Positions 46,678 to 57,461 of a stretch of 64,000 nucleotides of DNA are shown piece after piece. Source of the DNA: Fistulifera solaris (Eukaryota). A program made the translations under genes and the position numbers. The stretch covers positions 1,302,001 through 1,366,000 of the forward strand of contig AP026130.1 of NCBI GenBank assembly GCA_030295235.1. Direction: 5' to 3'. The notes beneath the pieces were generated by a model. That model did no database searches, was not told the origin of the DNA, and saw only the letters and a list, made by a program, of their open reading frames with translations. The first letter of the stretch is position 1; each line of letters opens with the position of its first letter.

Positions 46678-49600
46678 CTACCATCCCATGATGGCTTTCC
46701 GATGTCTTCTCAGTAGCTCCGTGTTCAACGGCTTTGTGAGAATGTCTGCTGGTTGGTTTTCCGTACCGATCTTATGAATGGTAATCTCCTTCCGAACAAC
46801 GTAATCGCGAAAGTGATGTAGCTTGACTGCCAAGTGTTTAGTACGCGGTCTCCACTTGTGTGTGGTAGCTATCTCAAGTGCCCCACTGTTGTCTTCGAAA
46901 ACACGACAGTGGACTTTCGGACGATGATCCAATACATCAAAGCCCTTTGCCTTCATTTCCTTAAGAAGCTCCATGATCGGAATAGCTTCTCGAAGGGCAT
47001 AACTTAGTCCTGTGTACTCGGATTCAGTAGAAGAGAGAGCAATTTCAGTTTGCAACTGAGATTTCCAAGTGATGGGACATCCAGCATAGGTTATAATGTA
47101 TCCATGTCGTGACCGGACGTTGTCAGGGTCATGACTTTCATCACGATGATAGTTTCCGCAAAAGTCTGCATCAACAAAAACCTCGAATGACTTCGACAAG
47201 TCTGGTTTGAGAATCATTCCTTTGTCTTTTGTTCCGAGCAAGTAACGACCCAACCATCGGGCAGCGTCTCCGTGTTCCTTTCGGGTTTCCTTAGAGAAGC
47301 GTGCGCACTGGTGCACAGCATACGCGATGTCGGGGCGTGATCCTCTTTCGAGATAATTCAGCTTGCCAATGAGTCTCGAGAAATGGAAACTGTTATCGAA
47401 TAGAGGAGATAGTTTGAATCGCTGGAGAATAACTGATGATCTTGCAGGAGTTTCTTTCGTTTTTGCACCCAACGGTAAGCGTAGCTCATCAAGTACCTGT
47501 TGAATGAGATGTGGCTGTGTCATTTCGATCTCACCGCTTTCTTTTCTTTCGATATTGACGCCTAGAAAGTCGCTCAAGTCACCTTCAACTGTCATATCGA
47601 GAATGGCTTGCATTTCTTTGATTGTGTTGGCAATTTCCGTTTTATCAGGACCGGCAAGGATTGAATCATCAGTGTAGAGGACGTAGATCATTTTTCCTTT
47701 GTAGAAGACACATTCTTCGATGGCAGACTGTTCGAAACCAATCGACTTGAGTTTTGAAACAAGATATTGATTCCAAACGCGACCGGCTTGTTTCTGACCA
47801 TAAGTGTTGCGTCGAAGTTTGAAAACATATTCACCTGGTTGTGCACCTTCGACTTCGAAACCTCTTGGAATTTTCATGTAAAGGTCTCGTTCGACTGGAG
47901 CCTGTGTAAAGGCAAGTACATAATCGAGTTGTTTTGTATGCCAGCCGTGAATGAGAACAAGAATGAGCAATAGTCGAATGGAATTCCAACTTGCAACAGG
48001 TGCGTAAGTCTGATCATAGTCTCGATGCTTGACCATTCGAGAGCCATCAATATTCAAACGAGCCTTCCACTTTTTCACTTTCTGTGTGCGAATGTCACGC
48101 TTGCGTTTCATTTGCCATACTGCAGGTAAGATCGTTGCGTTCTTGGGAACATCGTTGATGTGTTTTAGCTCTAACCCTCCGTGATCCATCTGCGAGTCAA
48201 TTTCTTTGCGCATTGCCAACATGAACTGATCCTTGTCAGGCTCTTTCATTGCTTGATGAAGATACATTGTGTCTGGATCAGATGTCGCTTTGAATGCTAG
48301 TAATGGGTGCCCTGTGTCCTCTTCCTCTTCAGGAAACATTGCCTGAAAAGAAAAGATCTCTCCTTGAATCTGTTGATCCCGTATTTGAATTTCCATTGCA
48401 GCAATCAACCGTTTAGGTGCGGAGTGCTTTCGTGAAGAACGCCGTGTTGCAATGGGAATATTCTTAGGTGCTGTCGCTGACGTCGGCTGTGACTGAAAGG
48501 CTTCCTGGGAAGTTTCGACTGGATTTTCCGCCTCAGGTCGTTCCTGATTTGATGTCGTTGGTGCAGATTCTGCGGTAGACGATGGCGGTTGTTGCTCCCT
48601 CTCGAGCTGAGGGGGGAATGACAGGAGCTCCCTCTGAAGCTGCCGCTGGAGGCAGAAGGGAGAATTCAGCATCCGGTGCTGGTGGATCGGTGGTTGACTT
48701 GCGCTCGGAAGCGGCCACAAATCCAGCTTGTTCCTGCCAGAGCGAGACCGGTCGCTCTTGTTTGGTAGAGTTCTTTACTGTTGTGAAGAGTGAATCCAGA
48801 GTCACGTGAAATTGCGGAGAGACTCGTCCTGTCTGTAGGTTGAGGACGCCAACATTTCTGGAGTGTTGCGGAGATCGGCCAAGATAGAGGCCAATTCGAG
48901 ATCGTTCCATCCATTTGCCACCTTTGGGTCGTCGTTTGCCCTGCTGGAGGGCGTCGTCGAGGACATAGGCTGGGCATCCGAAGTGGTGCCAATGTGTGGG
49001 ATTTTCGTTGACGACAGTACCACTGAAAACTTGTTCGGGGGGACTGGTGGCCAGGATGTTTGAGCCATGGTGTCGCGTTGATCGAGTCATTTGCCATCTT
49101 GATGGCTGCACGGCCAGAGATGTGTCGTGACAGCTTCAGGCCATCGCTTTGCAGCGAAGATCAACATTGTGCGAGCCATATTTTGTAGTTGGCGGATTCG
49201 GTTTTCCGCTTTACCATTCTGATGGTGAGCGTTTACGCTCGCAAATGATAACCCCTGTTGTTTAGAATAACAGTCGCGGACCCAGTCTTGTGCGGCAAAT
49301 GTGCCATTGTCAGCATGATAATGTTTAATAGTCACACCTCTTTGTTTGGCGTGGCGTTCGAAAGCCTCTTTGGCTTGTAGAGTTTCAGTAGGCTGAAGTG
49401 GACTTTTGTAGATGAACATAGCTGAGACTGGAGTATTGATCCACGAAGACGGTGGCTGCGGTGTAGCTCTCTGGTGAGAAAGCCAGCCATCTGGGCAATG
49501 AGACCAGGGCGTTCGGGAAATGAGCTGGTCAACTGATACAACTTCTCCAGGTTTACGAATGTGGTCAACTGGAGAGGCGTTTTGCGATAGTTTTAGTACG

Positions 49601-50960
49601 CCATGGTCGACGTGTTGCTTTGCCGAACTGACATGCGCTGCAAATTGGAACTGGACATTTGGCGAGCCGACGAGGAATAATACCTAGTGTCGCCATGAGT
49701 TGTAGTTTCTTAGGAGAACAGTGTCCGGGCGTAGGTGATATCGAAGGAACTCAGCTGAGACATTGTCAGGCTTGTCTTCGTCATTGTCGGCAATATCGTC
49801 AATAGAAGTCGGTCCATTGGAGTAGACGTCCGAAGTTGAAGTCGTCAGAATTCGTAACTGCGGGAGCGTCGATATCATGTCGAGATGGATCAGCAGTCGA
49901 AGTGTCACCGGTGGGGGACATATCGGAAGCGGTAGCCTCATAGCACATTGGTTCAAGAACGTCGTCATCGTCATCAATGTCGGCTTCGAGCAGAAGGCAT
50001 GGTATTGCGAGTAACCCGATGCCAGGCAGAAGGTCGCGACGTTGGTTCGATGGTCGAGAGGAACAGTTTTCTTGTAACGACGCTGATCCCAGAAGAGTGT
50101 GCACGTGTCGTGAGTAGTAGTTTCTCCCGTTCCCGCTCGCGGCTTGGTATCTTTCTGTGACTTGGCCCAGTGCTGAGGGCTAAACAGTCGGACGCCGCCC
50201 TGCGGTACATAGTAAGAGTTCGGGATCAGAAACGTGTGAAGCATTCCCGAGTCGTCTTCGATCTTCCATCGGAGTGTGCCCATTCGGACATTGTCAATAC
50301 GAGTGCCACCAAACCCCTTGATGTGACGTTTTGTAGGGATAGGGGGATCTTCGAAGTCACGAATGTCATGCGAAATACACGCGGTGCAACGATTATCGAT
50401 GCCAACAGGTGCTGAGTCGGTGTCGAACGACGCAAAATTCATGTGCTTGCCATCCATTATTTGCATCGAAATTAACGACAGCGCCAAAAGTCGCGATTTT
50501 GATCGTTTGATTGGCTTTTTCTTTTTCTTCTTTTGCACCAAAGATAAATTCCAAAAAGAGTAAGTAAAGGAAGAATCTCCACAATCTTGAGAGGAGCGTC
50601 AGAATCGATTGTTTGGCGATTCTGCAAATAGAAATGGCTTTCGCCACCGGTGCGTAACTTGAAAGGATTTTGACTCGTCGATCGTATCGTCGTTTTGTTT
50701 CAAGCTTGAGTGACCAGGCTGCAATGTGCTGGCGCATGATTGTGTTTGACTTCTTGAGCCACGATTTCAACCACTCACACTTTCCTCGTTTTGATTTAGG
50801 AATGTATGAAGCGGTATCATTATCGGGCGGAGGAACAATCACGACCACAATGCAGATAGCTGTGGCGACGACGGAGAAGAGAGCAATGCTCGTAAACCAA
50901 CGAGAAACTGCTCGCCACCACGCCGTGGTCAACGCTTCGCCACAGCGGAGCCTCCTTGGA
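46678..50960 (-). CDS. pol: Copia pol (protease, integrase, RT, RNase H), fragmented by multiple indels
   Basis: Protease VGIDNRCT; integrase YHADNG..F, HHQNGKAENRIR, HFGCPAYVL, GLYLGRSP; RT WKARL, QLDYVLAFTQA, YGQKQAGRVW, VLYTDD; RNase H FVDADF, LSSTESEY, FEDN, QPADILTK. Confidence 0.93.
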
Positions 50961-50963
50961 GGC

Positions 50964-52358
50964 TCACTCGGAGTCGCTTTCGGTGTCGTCGTGGCCATCG
51001 ATGGCCTCGAGCGCCTTTGCAAACTTGAGTTTCTTCTTCTGGTCGTTCTTGCCACTGAACTTCTTTTCCTTTTCCTTTCCCATGCGACAATCAACCGGCT
51101 TGTGTCGGCACCAGCGCTTGAGTGCGGTGCACCACCAGTACTCCTTGTTGTCGACCTTCTTGGGTTTGGACTCCTCTCCGGACTTGGGAGGTTCCTTCAT
51201 CCAGTCGGCAATGTCTGTTTTCTTGTCCTTTGCCTGCGGAGAATCCTTTGCGTTGGACTTCCCTTTTGTGCTGGGAGTCTTGCCTCTGTTGTTCTTTCCG
51301 GCGTTGTTCTTCTTCTCCATGTTGCGGATTTTCGTTTCGAGTGCGAGAATTCGTTTGTCCGCTTGAGCAGAAGCCTTCCATTCGCCCACGGCCGACGAGG
51401 GATTTTGTACTTTCCTTCGGCTTTGTCCATGAGATCCTCGGGAGTCATTTCCAGCGCCTTCTTCGTACAGTTCTTCCTTGCTTTTGATGAACCGAACGAA
51501 CTCGTCGTCTTTCGCGGCTTTGTAACCTTTGATGAGATGGATCATGAGGTCTGTCGAAGTCTCGCCGTGGTTGCGAAGCTCCAGCATGAGCGTTTTGACT
51601 TGGATGTTGAACTTCAAGATGTCCGAGTCAACTGTGCTCATGTATGCATCCAAACCTGCAAGTTGCGTTCGAATGTTTGACACAGTTGCGTGCGTTTGCG
51701 TGCCCGATACCTCAATGATGACCTTGAGGAAGGGAACTCCGGCTGTGATACCATTGATTGTGTATCTGTCGGACTTGATAACCACTTTTGTGCGTCCTGC
51801 CGCGAGAGAGCGAGTTCCACAACATGTTGTAGAGCATGATCGAGTCCTGTGCGTCGCGAGTTTGAGTTCCCACGTACGAGGCCGCATGGGCCTGAACCTC
51901 GTCGAGTGTGATCCTTCCATGACTGGTGAGAAAATGGAGGACGACGGGCTGCGAAGTTGGAGTATCGCTAGGTGCGGGATCTGGTAGATTCTTTCGAATC
52001 CTGCGACGTTGCCGTTGTTTGGTGAGCTCCAATAGGTCGAAAAGTCCTTCAGCTCGCAATTGAACAATTCACTTGAGTCGCCGTAAACGCTGCGGGTAAC
52101 ACTCTGAAAGGTCTTGATTCCTTCAGGGCGTGAGTAGTCAAGGATGCCTCGTGTCGCCCTGGGCGGGCACAAGAGCAAAGGGAATCGGTGCGGGAACGTT
52201 GTCTGCACCGCCTTGTCCCTGGTTTGCGTCTCCTTCTGGTCTTGACCTCCATCACCACCATCACCCCCGCCGTGGTGGCCTCCTGGGGCGTTGTGGGGAC
52301 CTGCTCCGCTCGGTGTCGCCCCAGAGGCCGCGGCAGCGCGAGTAGTTACGGTAGACAT
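50964..52358 (-). CDS. gag: Copia gag (contains compensating frameshifts)
   Basis: GILDYSRPEGIK, AQDSIMLYNMLWNSLS (alternate frame), DILKFN, HLIKGY, and a C-terminal Cys/His knuckle YWWC...WCRHKPVDC. Confidence 0.8.
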   Translation of the reverse strand: MSTVTTRAAAASGATPSGAGPHNAPGGHHGGGDGGDGGQDQKETQTRDKAVQTTFPHRFPLLLCPPRATRGILDYSRPEGIKTFQSVTRSVYGDSSELFNCELKDFSTYWSSPNNGNVAGFERIYQIPHLAILQLRSPSSSIFSPVMEGSHSTRFRPMRPRTWELKLATHRTRSCSTTCCGTRSLAAGRTKVVIKSDRYTINGITAGVPFLKVIIEVSGTQTHATVSNIRTQLAGLDAYMSTVDSDILKFNIQVKTLMLELRNHGETSTDLMIHLIKGYKAAKDDEFVRFIKSKEELYEEGAGNDSRGSHGQSRRKVQNPSSAVGEWKASAQADKRILALETKIRNMEKKNNAGKNNRGKTPSTKGKSNAKDSPQAKDKKTDIADWMKEPPKSGEESKPKKVDNKEYWWCTALKRWCRHKPVDCRMGKEKEKKFSGKNDQKKKLKFAKALEAIDGHDDTESDSE

Positions 52359-52407
52359 GGTTCAGAGACGTTTGTAGTTGATAATACCTTAATAGATGCT
52401 TTGTTAA

Positions 52408-52423
52408 GCGCAGAGGAAGCGTG
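52408..52423 (-). other. Candidate primer-binding site complementary to the D-arm of initiator tRNA-Met
   Basis: Plus strand GCGCAGAGGAAGCGTG versus GCGCAGCGGAAGCGTG of vertebrate/plant tRNAiMet as recalled (15/16), abutting the 5' LTR. Confidence 0.65.
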
Positions 52424-52749
52424 TGAAAATCTACGACGTACGGATAGGCCGCAGATTCGGGCTGTTTGTTTTATTTTACTTGATATTATGGTGTGTAAAC
52501 GTGATGGAGTCGAATGAGTGTTTCCCTTTGTTTTCCTGTTGATTTCTACTTGATTCGGTAGGTTGTTTGTTTGGTGTCAAGATAGCGTTCCTTATCTTCC
52601 CACTCTTCAGTATGTCGAGCTGTTGTTCCTCATGATAGGATTTAACGACATTAGCTGACAACCGTTCGAATTCTTGATTCGTATTCCTGACGTGTATTCG
52701 GGATTGTGGTTCACGAGTCAACCTGTCTCACCATACTGGTTTCCTCGCA
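52422..52749 (-). repeat. 5' LTR (328 bp)
   Basis: Direct repeat of 46151-46480. Confidence 0.95.
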
Positions 52750-52822
52750 GAGACGAACATTGACATTGTAATCGCCACGGAGTATCATTCACTGCACTTT
52801 ATCTCGCAACGCTACTGTTCTC

Positions 52823-53379
52823 ATGATCTGCGTAAGACACTGGATATTTCTCGCTTTATTCGCAAGCGCGAACTGCGCCGAGGCCGCCAGCAGATGGGGC
52901 TTTCGCAAGCAATATACTCCGTTACTTTTCTTCACGGTGCCGAAAGGCTTGATTCCGGAATGCGATGCAATGGAACGCGCCGTGCGAGCACTCGAAAGGG
53001 ATACAGGTATTCGTGTGGAACGGCTCGACTTGTTGCGTCAGCCAGAAACAGAAGCCATTTTGGGATTATTGACGCAAAAGACGCCTCCTTTTTGTATCAC
53101 CGCGAATCTGGACAAAGTCTACATGTACCAACAGGAGGCAAAGCAATTGATATAATCCGCTTGCGTGCGTGGGCAAAAGGAAGAATGCTGTCTACCCCAT
53201 CGGGTGTTCGTGGGAGTGTTTCTGGCATTTGTAGTCGGGCGCCCGCTGCGGCTCGTCAACAGCAAGAACGAGAAGAAAAGGAAGACATGATTGAGAATAT
53301 GTCCTTGACGCCAACGCAACTGGAAGGAAAACAGAAAATGAAAGAAAGAACAAGAGAGAGTAACAACAAAAAAACTTGA
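52823..53379 (+). CDS. Hypothetical signal-peptide protein, possible degenerate thioredoxin-like fold (frameshift at the T-run near 53090)
   Basis: ORFs 52823..53155 and 52894..53379 join as TPPF-LYHRESGQ...; PLLFF...PECDAME...LERDTGIRVERLD. Confidence 0.7.
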
Positions 53380-53952
53380 CAGTGGAATGTTGAGGAAATT
53401 AAGCTTGCCAGTTGTGAATGAGCATGAAAAGGTTGACACCACGTCGTTCTACAATACATGTAAAGCATTATTGACATTACTAAATTAACAATATTTATCT
53501 AAAGAGGTATGTCTTTTAGGTTGTCAATAGACGCCTCGATTCTTGTTTCAATTTTGCTTTTGTTATGAAAGTAAATCTACTATAACCCTAATGTGTAGAT
53601 TACTTTTTCACGACTGCATCACGATAGTGAGTCATGAGTCAACATCAAAAACAGTTCCGATTGCTAATCTAACTAAAACCTTTGTTTGTTCTGCTTTTCT
53701 TGGTAAGTTTAGAGTAAAAAAAGTTCTGCGTCGACAATCGTTGCGAAATGCATGATGGTTCCCTTTTACTTGTACTCCGTAAGTTACTGCGTACTACCTT
53801 TAACCTTAACCTTGGTAAAGCCATGGAAATCACAAGACGCGCGTCGATTTCATTTTGTGTTCATTGAGATGTTTTCGTCTATTGACCATCCAACTGTAAA
53901 TAGTTGCGCCCTTTACAATACGAACAACTCAGAAGACTCGAAACACAGAATA

Positions 53953-54514
53953 ATGATGATGCAAGTCCTCCGAGCTCCGGCAATTGCGCGTTACGCTGTT
54001 CGTAACAACTCTATGAGAAACTTTTCGACGGTTCAAAAGCTTGCGGATTCGAATGCAGTCGAAGATTTCCGCAACCTCAACAGCAAAGCTGTCATGTATT
54101 TTACTGCTTCCTGGTGCGGGCGTGAGTATTCTACATCCAAAATGAAAGTTGCGTTTTCGAAAAGCCACCTCACTTTGTGACTGCCTTCTCCTCTATGTGC
54201 AAGCTTGCAAAGCCATCTCACCCATGTATCAAGAAATGGCTACCAAGTATACGGATATTGCGTTTGGTAAAGTAGATATTGATGAGAACGCTGATTCGTC
54301 AATGGAATATGAAATTTCGGCGGTACGTTGTTTGTGGAATACGGCCGGTTTGTTATTGCTTGTTGATGAATCATTCTGATAACTTCCATACTTCTTCCCT
54401 ACTAAGGTCCCTACCTTTATTTTCTTTGAAGACAACAAGGCTGTAGCTCTTGTTCGTGGTGCTGATGTCAAAGGTTTGCAAAGTAACTTGGATCTGTTGC
54501 AAAATTCAAAGTAG
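53953..54514 (+). CDS. Thioredoxin, probably mitochondrial; 3 exons
   Basis: Introns 54122-54203 and 54323-54406 give YFTASWCGPCK...KVDIDE...AVPTF. The N-terminus is Arg-rich and transit-peptide-like. Confidence 0.93.
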
Positions 54515-54685
54515 AGATCTTTTTCGGGTTTACAAAGAAGCTCACGCGCCACAAAACTGAGCAACCTGTATTTGGATAAGAACTAGGCTTAATAGTATTA
54601 TGCGTTTTGTCAGAAGATAGTGGGAGTGAAATGGTTCAAAATCATGGTGTTCTGCTCTGTTCTTTGCTACAAGCATTCTATTTTG

Positions 54686-55995
54686 TTATACACTTCGATA
54701 CACGCGGCCCCAACCGGGAAATAGCATGGTATCCATCACGATGTGAACTCCGCATTTCACAAGTTTCTGTATAATCTTATTCCGGTGAAACACTGCCAAA
54801 TCTTTGTTTCGACCGATTTTACTACGACCATGCAACTCCAGTAACAAACTTACGTGTAGTTGATGCTCTTCTACGGCGCGGCATAACGATTGCCAATCAT
54901 TGTTCAAAATAGCGTATTCGGCGCCTTCTACATCCATTTTGATGATCAAATGAGAGTCATTTGTCATCAAGACGGTCTCTTTCAAAAGAGTTGACAGACT
55001 GATTCCACGGACAACAACAGTCGATTTGTCCGTATGTTTGCTGTCGTCTGCTCTTTTCGGCTAAGATGGAAGACCCCTGTCCAGCATTGCCTTCCACAAA
55101 CATTTCAATGGGTCCATCACGGTCCGTAATAACAGTGTCCGTGTAAAAGGCTAAATTACGCACGGGGCGAGGTGTCGTTTGCATCGTTCGCGATGCAAGA
55201 CGCTGGAGAGGCTCTGTTAAAGCTGGATTGCCCTAGCGAAGATGTCAGTTTCTTTCCTGTATTATAGTTCACCAATCATACCAATCTACGTACCTCCACT
55301 CCAAAGTAACAATAATCCTCAGGGCGCGTTTGATGCGTCGCTTCGCGCATTCGAGAATCAGCCCAATCGTGAATTCCTTCCCAGTGGGCTGCGTTGATAA
55401 AATTTCCAAAGCGCTTACTCCACCGGCTCCTTGGTGGTGGGTCAACCACACTCGTGTAGCTTTCCACCATGTAACCCGTGTCCAAGTGAAATGACGAGGG
55501 GCAGGGAAGATGGTAAAACCCGGCATTGACGAACTTGTAGACAGTATCGCCGATGTTGACACCCAAATCCCAGAATACCCTCCTACATGGTTGTATCGAG
55601 ACGTTGTGGGGAATAATAGAAGGCTCTTCTGGCTGAAAAACTGCCTTGAGTCCTTGAAGATAATGGCCATTGTCAGCGTGACGGCACAGCGTTTCCAGCT
55701 GAGCGCGCTGTTCGGCGACAACAAGAGCATTTTGGAGACTAGTTTCATCATCGAAAGGTTCAATCTTCCGTGAGCTGCTCAACAATGATGATCTCTCCTT
55801 CATTTCCGTAAGAATCGCGGTGAAATCTACGGTCTTTGTAACAAGACGGGTCGGTCCCTCCCAGTTCATATTGACCACACATGTCAGAATGACCAAAGCA
55901 ACCAACATGCACCGTAACGTCCATTTTTGGTGAACTCGTCTCGCATCGACAGTTGCGGGCTTGCGCGGACGCTGCAGCATGATGAATGATGACAA
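54686..55995 (-). CDS. Type II membrane FkbM-like methyltransferase (intron near 55235-55295; frameshifts)
   Basis: N-terminal TM, VFWDLGVNIGD, YFGVE, GSSIL, IIKMDVEGAEYAIL, LELHG. Confidence 0.75.
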
Positions 55996-56116
55996 TGTGT
56001 TTCACGTCAACAAGAATGATTTAGCCCGATCGACCGGTTGCTTGCCAATGAAAACGAAGGAGGATCAAAAAGTGCCGATCCTCGATCCTTGGCCGATGAT
56101 GGTCGTCTGGATGCGG

Positions 56117-56180
56117 CGTTAAAATTCTGCCTCATCGTAGAGGCTATGTAGAATCTTGTACTGGAGGCAGAATTTTAACG
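56117..56180. repeat. Perfect 17-bp inverted repeat with a 30-nt spacer
   Basis: CGTTAAAATTCTGCCTC (56117-56133) and GAGGCAGAATTTTAACG (56164-56180). Confidence 0.9.
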
Positions 56181-57461
56181 TCCTTTACTGTCGTGTGAAA
56201 CGATCAAGTATGTTCAAAGTCAGATTTACGTCATTACGACACTTTATTGGTAATCGGAGTTGACAAGCAGTATAGCTTGAATAGTAGCCTTTCTGTTTTT
56301 CAAGCTGTCACTACTGTAAGGTTTACTACTCCTTAATTCTTAATATCTCTGACGTCTGACGTTGACCAGAAATCGGAACTTCCAATTGTACATTAAGTTA
56401 TATAGTGCATTTCAAATTTGTACGTTCCCTTTCCAGCCAAGTTCCTCGTCCGCAGTCCGCACTTCCATCCTCCACCCTTCATCTCCATGCAAATCATCGA
56501 ACCAAAAAATCTTTCGGATCGAGGAGTCCGCGCATTCAATTCAAAACATGACAAATTTTTTTGAAGAATAGAGAAGACGATAGCCTCGAAACTCCATTTT
56601 GGTGAAGCGGAAAGGTTCTGTTGCTATTCAGCCCGCAATACTGTTGCGGAGTGAAAGGATGAATGAGACTATCTGAAGCATCGCGTATGCGAGAAATATT
56701 TCACGTCCAAGTTCTGGAAACCGTAAGTTCAGCTGCGAATTCTTAGAACCAAGTTTTTCAACCTCGAAACTGGTAATTGAACGATGGCAAAATTAGTTGT
56801 AATGAGGAATGAATATCAATGGGAATCTCTCCGAACAAACATGATGGATTCAAATATATCATCTCCATATCATTCATGGATTCTGAACGCTACTTTTGAT
56901 CACCTTCATCGGTACTTCGTGTGCTTACTTGATCACAAACGACTTACTTCCATATAAACTTTGTCTTCTTGCAGTCTACGGATTGAGTTCATCGGCTGGT
57001 TCTGTTCGGCTTTTTCCGTCCTTGCACTCGAACTGCAGTAGCGAGAGATTCAAAGGCGTGAGGATGTACCTTGGAAAAAGGAGGATTCGATGATTGACAT
57101 AACTCGCGTGTTGCAGAAGGCCGATCGCCGTACACTGTAAAATGTCTTCTCGAACTTATCGAAGATTGACAACAGCGAAGACCCATTCGTTGATGCGATC
57201 GACCTTTCTTTTGCGTGTTAGCGAGGCTTTTGCTTATAGCAATATAGAGCATTGGAAGATAGTTCTATGGATTTCTTCGCGCTACAATCATTGTAAAAGC
57301 GACCCGCAACAAAAGGTTGACAAAAGAAAGTAACAATTTGTTATGGAAAGGTATTGCTGTTGTGCTTAATTGTTCGTCACGGAGCTCAATCGCATTGTTG
57401 TTACCGCCTACAACTAAGTCCGGGCTGTGCTCCGTAGCGCAATATCTTGCATAAAGTGGGG

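Larger units (their letters stand above)
46151..52749 (-). mobile_element. Full-length Ty1/Copia LTR retrotransposon (CoDi-like), recent insertion
   Basis: Paired TG...CA LTRs, flanking GAGACG duplication (46145-46150 and 52750-52755), PPT, and domain order gag-PR-IN-RT-RH. Confidence 0.97.

Noticed and set aside
50670..51680. 336-aa antisense ORF inside the retrotransposon
   Set aside because: It mirrors the Lys-rich gag strand, giving a Leu/Phe-rich shadow ORF with no ATG start or recognisable domain.
56540..57450. Possible decayed gene or transposase before the satellite
   Set aside because: All frames are interrupted and I recognise no motif.
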